Assembly (NCBI RefSeq): GCF_009914755.1
Contig: NC_060942.1
Source: the human T2T-CHM13v2.0 reference genome, Homo sapiens
Strand: one strand, 5' to 3'
Length of the DNA: 64,000 nt
Shown piece after piece: positions 53,036 through 64,000 of the stretch. How positions within the stretch are numbered: position 1 is the first letter of the stretch; each line of letters starts with the position of its first letter. The notes below the pieces were generated by a model, which had not been told where the DNA came from, searched no databases, and saw nothing but the letters and a program-made list of their open reading frames with translations. Position numbers and translations under genes: made by a program.

Positions 53036-56000
53036 ACACGTGGCTCTCCCATCTGCCCCAGACCCACTCTTTCCCTTACAGCAAGTGCCTCCAGACCTAT
53101 GCAGCACCAGGGTGCACAGAGGGCCAGGACAGATGCCTGTCCCTCAGAGCAGACAGAGAAGTCCCTCCTTGTCCCTCAGAGCAGGCAGAGAAGCTGCTGA
53201 CCAGGCTTCTCCCATACCCCTGCAGAGTCCCCCACAGAGCACACCATGCACACCTCACCTTCTGGTCTCCAAAACGTGGCTTTCCTGGACGCTGGCAAAC
53301 CCCCTAGTCAGTGCCACATTTCCCTCTTGGAACAAGAGATAATATGTAGTTTTCGATCTAATTTTAGACCTTGGCTGAATTAGCTGACACTCAAAGAGGC
53401 CGGGGCCCAGAGACATAATGTGTGTGCGAATTCATATTTTAAGAGTCCATTTGCTTATTATCTATCTCGTTCTATAATTCAATATTTTCAAAGGATTGCC
53501 AGCAAGGAGCCCTGGGCTCTCTCCCACTGAGATTATGCTTGTGGCACAGTGGGAACAGGCACGGTGCACCCGGCCCTGCCGCCCATCACTGCCTCCCATC
53601 TTTCATTCTTCCCTCCGTCCTCCGTCTGCACCACTCCTTGTCTCCCCTCATGCTGAAGGTCTTACCTCTGTTTCCTTGTATTCATACCTGGGTCTCAGGT
53701 GTCCGCGAGTTGTTCGGTCCCTTCGTGGATCTACAGCTCGGGCAGATGCCCCCAGGACTGCAGCCTCGGCACCCGTGGAGTCTCTGTCTCTGTGGAGGGG
53801 CAGCCGATGACTCCCAGCCCAGCGTTCAAAGTCACCCTCTGTGAAGACAGGGCCCCACCTGAGCATGGCGCTGTCACTGCAGGACGGCCCAGATCCCATC
53901 CGAGACAGAAGGAACCTGTGTCAGGATCACCCTGGTAAAACGCCTCTGGGGTACACCACACAGCAAAGGTCACCTCGTGAAATTTTGAGGTCAGTTTCCC
54001 AGGGCAGGTGCTGACCTTTCTCGTTCTCTGAGCGAGGGCCCCTCAGCGCTTCTTCCTTCTGGGTGACCTTCGGAATGCCGTGGGAGTGCTGTAGAGTCAC
54101 GATGTTGAACTCACAAATACTCTGGTGGATTTTCCACTACACTAACGGTTTCATGGCTATGAGCACTGGTCACACAGTGCTTTAGGCTGACGAAAACTCT
54201 CACACCACCCAAGAGCAGCCTTGCTACTGCCCGGCTGCCACCTCCACCCCACGGTGCATGCAGAAGCTCGTCCACTCCAGGCAGAGTGTACCCTGGCCTC
54301 CAGGACAAACCAGTTATTTACTCAGGCCCTGCTTGGAGGGACGGGGTCTGGAGGGTCAGCTCGGGGTGAGCACAGGCCAGTCGTGTGGGGCCTCTACCAG
54401 CCACAGGCACAGAGACCCCTCCCTACCTCACCTGCTGAGAAAGGCCATCCCCTAGGGAGGAGCAGTAACAAGCGGAAAGGAAGGAGGCTGCTCCCTTTTC
54501 CTGCACCCCAGGGACAACTGGGCAGGGAAGAAGGATCCCAACCTTGCACAAAACCGCAGAGGCTCAGAGAGGAGCCCCTGGCCAGGGTCTGGACTCAAAC
54601 TCAGGTCTCCCAGCCCTTAATATCTCTGTTCGGTCAGCCACAGCCTGTGGCGCCTGCCAGGCCCTAACGGAACCGACTCCCATTCCCCGGTTCCTACAGG
54701 GCAGCTGATTTCCACCAGCGTCCTCTCATTCCAGGCATTGGCCAAGCCTAAAGTTTCTGTTTTATAAGATCTGTTGAGATCACATCTCAAGGGGTATGGT
54801 TGAACGTGTCAGTCAAATTGATGAAAGAAAGGACAAATTCATTAATTAATTCACTTCTGAGCTGAGTTCCCGCATGCCAGCCTTAAACTCAGAGTGGGTT
54901 TTTATGGTTGAGTTATAAATCCCTCACAAGCGGGGCTTCTTATAGACAAGCTGTCAGGGCCGTAAATGCCAGGGCCTCGGTGGGTGCTGGGGGGTGACAT
55001 AAAAAGGGCATTGACACACTGCCTCTTGGGCGAACTGCAGTTTTGCCCTTTGGCAGATATTCCAGATGATTACAGTTTTTATTACCAGCCTCTGCAACAC
55101 TACCTCCAGCCACATCTGTCTCCACATCAGCTGGGTCACCACAATGCACGGCGGTGAGGTATGAGCCGATTCCGACTGGATGTAGGAATGTGCAAGTTTA
55201 ATTCTTCATAACCCCAGATCTTGGGTGAAGAGAACGGCCCATTGTGAAGAAAGCGCGTTTTCTTGTCCACTACTCATGGCAAAAGCAGACAGGCCTCCTT
55301 CTAACCTCTATGCCAGCCAACCCTGGACCATCAGCCCGTGAGGCTGAGAGTGGCCCAGCCCTCAGGTCTCTCGGTGCCTTTGTTCAGCCATGCCTCATCC
55401 CGGCCACATCCCCACAGCCCCTGCTTCTTCACCTGCCAGGGTGAAAGTTTCCGGGAAGGTCTGCTGCCATGGCCTCCCCTTTATCAGACACTCACCCACC
55501 CCCAAGTGCCTCACCAGGGTGGGGCCCCCTTCCTAGGGAGCAGCAGGGGCGAAGTCCTGGGGTCCAGCCTGTGCTCCTCTAATGCAGAAAAGCAACCACA
55601 AAGGCAAAACATGCAGTCTCCAAATGTTACCTCTGCTGCCAGGTTTCAGCTTGTGTCCGCCAGGAAGCAGGTGTGACACCATGGATGTGACTGTGGCGTG
55701 CACACCACGGGCTCTCAATAGTAAAGGTGTCAACGTGGGCACGCGTTTTGACCAGAGAGAGGTGCAACGGACTTTCACCTTTCCGTGGAGCGAGAAAGAC
55801 TGAAGATTTGAAGTAGAACGGCACCTGCCGCAGAGCCCCTTTGTAAAAAATCTCACTTTGCTCCACGTGATCCACCACCAGCAGCCCTGTGAGAGGCGAG
55901 GGTGACCCATGGACTAATGGCAGCTGAACTCCAACCCCTGGCTGGGCATCTCCTCTGGGCCCAGCCCAAGGCACTGGCAGGAGGCAGGAGGAGGCTCTGC

Positions 56001-56120
56001 AGCCTGGCCTTCTGTCCTGAGCACGGTTCCAAGGAGAGACTGCACACCCTGAAACCAGCCTCCACACAGACTGAGATAAACAGAAAGGCCACTTTACACA
56101 TCACGCCTCAGGACGCCTCA

Positions 56121-56223
56121 GGCCACAAGCAGCATGCAATGGTGAGGTCCTGGAAAGAGCCCCACGGCAGACTGGCATCCCTTTGACGCAGAGCTGCTGC
56201 AGCTGCCTCTGAGTGTTTGCCTC
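56121..56223 (+). repeat. Dispersed ~100-bp direct repeat, copy 1 (copy 2 at 57739-57842)
   Basis: gcaatggtgaggtcctggaaaga...ccctttgac(g/a)cagagctgctgcagctgcctctgagtgtttgcctc is present at both sites. Confidence 0.95.
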
Positions 56224-56343
56224 AGGACGCTTCATCTTCTCATCCCTCGTCCTCAACATTAAAAACAGCTCACGCGTTCCAGCCACTGCGGGGCACGTTA
56301 GCATGAGAAGCAGGTGAGCCCCTCGCGTGCCCGTCTCATTAAC

Positions 56344-57240
56344 CTCGATCCTTAGCGCTGGCCTGCTGTACCGGGACAGGGCATGGCCGTCTCGATCCTT
56401 AGCGCTGGCCCGCTGTACCGGGACAGGGCATGGCCGTCTCGATCCTTAGCGCTGGCCCGCTGTACCGGGACAGGGCATGGCCGTCTCGATCCTTAGCGCT
56501 GGCCCGCTGTACCGGGACAGGGCATGGCCGTCTCGATCCTTAGCGCTGGCCCGCTGTACCGGGACAGGGCATGGCCGTCTCGATCCTTAGCGCTGGCCCG
56601 CTGTACCGGGACAGGGCATGGCCGTCTCGATCCTTAGCGCTGGCCCGCTGTACCGGGACAGGGCATGGCCGTCTCGATCCTTAGCGCTGGCCCGCTGTAC
56701 CGGGACAGGGCATGGCCGTCTCGATCCTTAGCGCTGGCCCGCTGTACCGGGACAGGGCATGGCCGTCTCGATCCTTAGCGCTGGCCCGCTGTACCGGGAC
56801 AGGGCATGGCCGTCTCGATCCTTAGCGCTGGCCCGCTGTACCGGGACAGGGCATGGCCGTCTCGATCCTTAGCGCTGGCCCGCTGTACCGGGACAGGGCA
56901 TGGCCGTCTCGATCCTTAGCGCTGGCCCGCTGTACCGGGACAGGGCATGGCCGCCTCGATCCTTAGCGCTGGCCTGCTGTACCGGGACAGGGCATGGCCG
57001 TCTCGATCCTTAGCGCTGGCCTGCTGTACCGGGACAGGGCATGGCCGTCTCGATCCTTAGCGCTGGCCTGCTGTACCGGGACAGGGCATGGCCGTCTCGA
57101 TCCTTAGCGCTGGCCTGCTGTACCGGGACAGGGCATGGCCGTCTCGATCCTTAGCGCTGGCCTGCTGTACCGGGACAGGGCATGGCCGTCTCGATCCTTA
57201 GCGCTGGCCTGCTGTACCGGGACAGGGCATGGCCGTCTCG
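56344..57240. repeat. CpG-rich VNTR, 47-bp unit, 19 copies
   Basis: ctcgatccttagcgctggcc(c/t)gctgtaccgggacagggcatggccgt; copies nearly invariant. Confidence 0.99.
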
Positions 57241-57738
57241 CCCACCTCTTGTGACTCTGCTGACACCGCTGCGCCCTGCACCACCTCCAGGCCACATTCA
57301 CTGCTCATCCAAAGCTTGAATTTCCCATTGACTTAAAACTTCCATTAAAGCCCCAGATGAGGGTAAACGAGGCTCCATGTGCTCTGCCTAATGGGAACGT
57401 TCTGGCTGGCACCGACTGCGATAGTTTCGGGCAATCTGCCGCTGCCTCTGTGGGAGCCGAATGAGCACTTCACAGTACTTAGGTAGACTCCTTCCCCGCA
57501 TGCAGCAGCTGCTCCGGCTGAGACCTCACCTCCTGGTTCCTTCTCCCTCCCACATACAGGGCTCGGATGGGGTGCTGGGGTCCTGTTCCCACCTCCGTGG
57601 TGCAGCCCCACTGCCCTCAGAGCTGTTCTTTACCCGCTTCCTCCAGAAAAAGAAATTGTGACGCAGGGGGTCTCCCCGCCTCCTGCTGGCTCCCAGCGAA
57701 CACAGGCTGGCTCAGGGCACTGTGCAGGGGGCCTGCTT

Positions 57739-57842
57739 GGCCACGAGAAGCACGCAATGGTGAGGTCCTGGAAAGAACCCCACGGCAGATCCGGCTTCCC
57801 TTTGACACAGAGCTGCTGCAGCTGCCTCTGAGTGTTTGCCTC
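57739..57842 (+). repeat. Dispersed ~100-bp direct repeat, copy 2
   Basis: Matches 56121-56223 with a handful of differences. Confidence 0.95.
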
Positions 57843-58540
57843 GTCTGCAGTAAAACATAGCCGAGGGTACACTGGGGACAGGCAGGAGACCTGATGGGCC
57901 ATGCCCCAGCGCTGCTGCCCATGGTGTCTCTGAGATGAGACAGGAACGTCCCCAGGGGAGTGGGAGCCAGGGGCTCCCAGGGTCTGACCCTCTCCAAGCC
58001 CCAGGCTCCTCAGGGCTGCACTGTGTGTGCTGCCCACGTGCACCGAACCCTCTGGCCCTGGCCCTGGCCCGGTTTGCACCTTCCCCTTGGCTCTGACACC
58101 TTCCTCCCTTCACAGCCCACACACAGATGAGTGCTGCTTGTCCTGCAAGGCTTCCCAAGAAGTTTCAGTGGACACCCTTCCAGTAGGAATGGCCCATCCC
58201 CTCTATGTTTCCCAGAGTGTCCTGCAGCAAACATCAATGTGACTCGTGCACACGGCATTGGGGCTGCCTGGTGAGACGCCGTGTTCCTGGTGGACTGACG
58301 GCAGGAACGAGGATCATTCACCTTCGTGAGACAGAACGGCGCAGCTCCCAGAGGAGAGCAGAGCTTGGGGACTGCGTGAGGACTCCCTGAACTAAGCTCC
58401 CCAGTGGGCCCCTTCACCTGTGCGGCACGCAGCGTCTTCACTGTCCACGGGGAGACTCAGGGTCTGAGATTAGACTCCTTTTGAGGTCTACAGCTGCTGG
58501 AGTCAGAGCTGCCCCTGCGCCCTCTGCTGCCTAACTCAAC

Positions 58541-59377
58541 CCTGAGGATGCCAGCCCGACAGAGCACGATGTCGGCCAGGAGGAGGATGGACCTGAGGAT
58601 GCCAGCCCGACAGAGCACGGTGTCGACCAGCAGGAGGATGGACCTGAGGATGCCAGCCCGACAGAGCACGGTGTCAACCAGGAGGATGGACCTGAGGATG
58701 CCAGCCCGACAGAGCACGGTGTCGACCAGCAGGAGGATGGACCTGAGGATGCCAGGCCGACAGAGCACGGTATCGACCAGGAGGAGGATGGACCTGAGGA
58801 TGCCAGCCTGACAGAGCACGGTGTCGACCAGCAGGAGGATGGACCTGAGGATGCCAGCCCGACAGAGCACGGTATCGACCAGGAGGAGGATGGACCTGAG
58901 GATGCCAGCCCGACAGAGCACGGTGTCGACCAGGAGGAGGATGGACCTGAGGATGCCAGCCCGACAGAGCACGGTGTCGACCAGGAGGAGGATGGACCTG
59001 AGGATGCCAGCCCGACAGAGCACGGTGTCGACCAGGAGGATGGACCTGAGGATGCCAGCCCGACAGAGCACGGTGTCGACCAGCAGGAGGATGGACCTGA
59101 GGATGCCAGCCCGACAGAGCACGGTGTCGACCAGGAGGAGGATGGACCTGAGGATGCCAGCCCGACAGAGCACGGTGTCGACCAGGAGGAGGATGGACCT
59201 GAGGATGCCAGCCCGACAGAGCACGGTGTCGACCAGGAGGATGGACCTGAGGATGCCAGGCCGACAGAGCACGGTGTCGACCAGGAGGATGGACCTGAGG
59301 ATGCCAGGCCAACAGAGCACGGTGTCGACCAGGAGGATGGACCTGAGGATGCCAGCCGCACAGAGCACGGTGTTGGC
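58541..59377. repeat. VNTR, 51/48-bp units, about 17 copies
   Basis: cctgaggatgccagcccgacagagcacggtgtcgaccagg(agg)aggatgga. Confidence 0.98.
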
Positions 59378-62342
59378 CACAGAGCAGGACGGGCCTGCGC
59401 TGCTTTCCTGTCATCACGCAGGGATAATCTTTACCTCTCATTTAAAAAGGCCAATAGTGCCCATGTCACAGGGATTATCAGCAGCCGCTCTGACAGGTGG
59501 ATAACGTGTGCTCGGGCAGAAGAGATTGAAACCCAGCAGGGCGGGGAGGCAGGGAGGCTGGAAGCCAGTGAAGTTCACTCCAGCACGGCGTCCGGCAGCT
59601 GAAGAGGCCCTGCGTCCACACAGGCACTGCGGAAACTCACCTTGTCCTGAGATGAGGGAAGGCCAGGGAGAGGTGCGTACCAAGCTTGTCACAGGGCACT
59701 GAGGACAGAGCTGCCACTAGCTCCTGGCAGGAGGCTTTGATGTGGAAACCGGCAGCCATGCAGTGGGCGCAGAGGAGGTGGCCTTTCTGCCCTTCCTCCC
59801 TCCTGGCCCCCAAGGGTCACCTGGGGAAAGCCCTCTACAGTGTGAACACGGCTGTGAATGGCTAATTTGCTGCAGTGGCGGGGGTGGTCTCTGTCCTGTT
59901 CCCCCCACCCCCTCATTCTCCCCACCCGGAGCAGCCCTCCCTCCCTGCCACCCCCGACCTGAATCAGGGCCACCGCCAGAGCCTTTGCCACTCCACATAA
60001 ATGTGCCATCAGCAGGCCAGGGTGGTTTCATTTTGTTTTTAGTGCTGAGGATTTGTGTGTGTGTTCTTTTTCCTTTTAGTTTCTTTATTTTCCCAAATGA
60101 AATGTGATCCAAATCAAAACAAATTCCCAGCATCTGCTGGAGAGACTTTCCTCCTCTCTGTTTCCCCAAGTGCTGAATGGAGAACACTGCTCCATCTCGC
60201 TGTTATTAAGACGCACGGAGGCCTCACCGCCAACAGTCCATGCGTGTTTCTTGGCAGCCCTGGCCGGGTAGTGGTGACGGTGCTCTGAATAGGGGGCACC
60301 CACTGCCCCTCGCTGCTGCCCCCATGACCCGCTGTGCAGTGGCTTTTCCGGGGAAGGGCACCCCATTGGCAGAGAAGAGTGTGCGGGTGGCAGGGAGGGA
60401 GGCGAGCCAGGGCCCGGGCCCGAGCTCCGTGTGCCGCGGCCCTGTCAAAGCGGCCTCCTCGCGCCTCAGCCCTCTAGCGCCAGCGTTTTGTCACATCTCC
60501 GGTTTCCTTTCTTTGCTTCAGCTTCCATGCGACCCCCTAGCTGCGGACACTCCACACGCTGAGAGTCAGCTGAGCTTGAACAAAGAGACCTTTCTCCTCT
60601 GCAGAAATCGCTCGAGCCGCCAGCGCCAGAATTCACAGCAGCTTTCTCTTGAAATGCTTGGCATTTCCCCACAATTTCTTAGGTATACTTGGTGGGCGAA
60701 GTGCGTCATCTCTGTTTGAATTTATCGCACAGAATAAGCCATTTACTCCATTTAATGTTATCCCCTCGGTAACCAGGAGGTCGGAGGCCACAACGCAAAA
60801 ACAGCAAATTTGTCAACGGAATGTGCAAAGCCGGGCATAAATTTATCTTGTCCTAATCCCCGGCCCCTTTTCATGCGGTGATTTTTCATATGCATATGAG
60901 AATTTTCCGAGTTTGCTTTCTCACACATTTCGCCGTCCACAGACGGGCGGTGGCTCTGTGGGCCCCTAGGAAGCAACGTGGCTTTCCCCTTCCTCTGTAA
61001 AGCCCAAGGCGGCCACCTCCGCTTTTCTGATCATCTGTCATTGAAAACCCCCCAAGCATCGCTTCCTATGATTATTTTCACACACAGGGAGCATAATTGC
61101 ATGTTCTGAAAAAAAATTCTCACTAAAGAAGCCCGTGATTCTCAGACATCCTAAGGCATCGCAAAGCCAACCCTGTGCCATGCTGTAGCCACGTACAAAC
61201 TTTACAATCCCGTGTCACTCACATTTAAAAATAACCAGCAACTTCATAGCAGAAAGAAAGGGTCATGGTCACCACAGTGAGACTGAGACACACATCTCCT
61301 CTAACTTTACACCACTCGGGGTAACTATGTGCATCCTCACCAGAGAATATCTACCTCGTGCTGTTTCCTTCAGCCTCCATTATACGGTGGAAGAGTCGCA
61401 TGACAAGCTAGAGGATCAGTCCTAAAGGAGTCCGTGTCAGTGTGTGACTATTTTCACGAAACAAGTAGTTTTGTCTTGAAGTCCACTCTCTTGACACCAC
61501 CAATATTGTGTGCTTTGGATGGCAACAGTGTACCCGGCCGGCCAAGGAGAGCCTGGGCGCTGGTGGCGTTGGCTGCAGACCAGTCTCCGGCCCAGGACCT
61601 GCCGTAAGACCTGGGGGCCAGTGGTCTGCGCCCTGCAGGCCTGAGAGGAGGGAAGCTGTCTGATTGCCAGGTATTTACACAGCAACACTGAAGGAAATGT
61701 ACCACGGCCCCTGGCTTTCTCAGACGTCAACTCCTCAGGCTTAATGATAAAATTCATCCCCGAAGCATATTTTCTTTGGTTCAAGACTATCTCCCCACAC
61801 TGGGAATTTCCCCTGCAGTTTGCTCCTGGGTGGACAGTTCCACAGGTCAGTGATTCATCTCTCCTCAGTCAGGCTTACACGTGAGTTTGTTGCTTCTCAG
61901 TGAACTCCTAGACTGGAATTCCAAGCACACTGGAGAGAAGGATGCGCTTTTCCTCGAGAGTAAATGTTCATCTCTTGCCCCAGAAGGAAATCCTGTGCCA
62001 CAAAAGAGAAGCAGAGCCACCTTCCACAGCAGTGAGCTGTGAGGAATGGAGATGGTACTCAACGTTTTAGACAAACCCTGTAAATTCCTGCTCAGGTTTT
62101 TAGTGTGATTCAAATCAATTTGGCAAAATAGTTACTGCATCTAAAATACACCAGGGTGATGCTAGACCGCTGAGCTAGAATGATGAAAAGCAGATATGGG
62201 TCCTGAATTCAGAGAATTTCCACAAAGGAGATTGTGGAACATAATCTCCTAGAGACATAGAAGTGTCTAGACATCTGTGAACCATTTAAGCTGTCCTGAA
62301 GGCAGAGGACTGGTGTGTCTCAGAGCAGCAGCATCCGCATGC

Positions 62343-63030
62343 GAGCACCGCCCACACGAGAGCACCGTCCACACATGAGCACCGCCCACACATGAGCACC
62401 ATTCACACGTGAGCACCATTCACACATGACCACCACCCACACATGAGCACCACCCACACATGAGCACCACCCACACATGAGCACCATCCACACGTGAGCA
62501 CATCCACACATGAGCACCGTCCACATGAGAGCACCGTCCACACATGAGCACCACCTGCACATGAGCACTGTCCACACGAGAGCACCGTCCACACATGAGC
62601 ACCATCCACACATGAGCACTGCCCACTTGAGAGCACCGTCCACACATGAGCACCATCCACACATGAGCACCACCTGCACATGAGCACCGTCCACACATGA
62701 GCACCGTCCACACATGAGCACCACCCACACATGAGCACCACCCACACATGAGCACTGTTCACACATGAGCACCGCCCACACGAGAGCACCGTCCACACAT
62801 GAGCACCACCCACACATGAGCACCACCCACACATGAGCACCGTTCACACATGAGCACCACCCACACATGAGCACCGCCCACACGAGAGCACCGTCCACAC
62901 ATGAGCACCGTCCACACATGAGCACCACCTGCACATGAGCACTGTCCACACAAGAGCACCATCCACACAAGAGCACCGTCCACATGTGGGCGCCTACCAC
63001 AGGTTAGCACATCCACACGTGAGAACAACC
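62343..63030. repeat. VNTR, ~17-bp unit (gagcaccacccacacat), about 40 copies
   Basis: Seen directly; degenerate at both ends. Confidence 0.97.
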
Positions 63031-63774
63031 ACATCACACGGTTAAGGTGGGCGCTGCACATCAGAATTCCAAGGTCAGCTTCTCCACTCACTATGTCATG
63101 TGGCTGCAGTCCGTTACCGCCCCATGGCCCAGGTGACAGTCCTATAAGACCATGTAAAACACCACCTGTCTCAAAGAGCAGTTTGAAGAATTCAAGGATT
63201 CAGAATATTTCCACTGAGCACACAGCCGACCCTATAGGACTGCTGCGTTATTAACATCATCGTTATAGCTTTGGTGCCTACAACGATCTCTGGTACATAT
63301 TAATTTATATTTATATATGCATTTGTTGAATTGAATATAGTAATGGATATGATTATTGTGGTGGTGTCCCTCGGAGGTTTGCCCCAGAGGCCATACTGGG
63401 TTGCTGGAAACTGTCATTAACTGTAGTGAGTTGTAACTCTGTATCCTTATCTGTGAATTGAGAAAATTAATTGCTGTTACGTAACATAAAATGAATTGTT
63501 GCTGTACAATATAAAACGCCCACCAGCAAGACAGAGGAGTCATTACTCTGGAAGAGTAAATGAAGAAATCTCAACATTACAACATGACAATTAGATTCCA
63601 TGTCAATAAGCAAAAAGGAGAACATAGCATGTGTTTTATTCACAGCTGTCAATTATGTCCTACAAAGACAGGCAGCAAAATATTATAACATTTTCATTTA
63701 ATAATAAAGCACTTACTGAGTACTTACCAAAATGCCAACTACTGTAATGCACAATCTTTGCTTGAAAAAAATGA

Positions 63775-64000
<226 letters not shown>

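Noticed and set aside
55662-55803. Possible terminal exon (ccgccag|gaagcagg...MDVTVACTPRALNSKGVNVGTRFDQREVQRTFTFPWSEKD*)
   Set aside because: I do not recognise the peptide, the polypyrimidine tract is weak and I found no partner exons or nearby poly(A) signal. A lncRNA exon cannot be excluded.
62320-63091. Cys-rich keratin-associated or metallothionein-like ORFs
   Set aside because: Translations of the 17-bp VNTR.

Overview
This window is human genomic DNA. A consensus-identical AluYb8 (a human-specific subfamily) at 7134-7424 fixes the species. I see no protein-coding exon, RNA gene, CRISPR array or prokaryotic system that I can support, so it looks intergenic or deep intronic. About a third of it is recognisable transposon sequence: a near full-length L1MA containing a 5'-inverted L1PA, an L1MC containing an Alu and an L1PA, five Alus, MaLR/ERVL LTRs and MER DNA transposons. 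It also has an unusually high density of minisatellites (about 10 arrays, units 9-113 bp), as is typical of subtelomeric bands; I cannot name the locus. The long ORFs in the track come from these repeats. The most interesting observations are structural: a ~100-bp locally templated insertion flanked by a 16-bp duplication (56105-56234, donor 57739-57842), an L1PA insertion that coincides with loss of about 1.5 kb of its host L1, minisatellites that arose inside old transposons, a 9-mer array open in all six frames, and several AT-rich enhancer-like blocks with palindromic transcription-factor sites. Repeat subfamily names come from my recall of consensus sequences, not from a search. I found no convincing new biological system.
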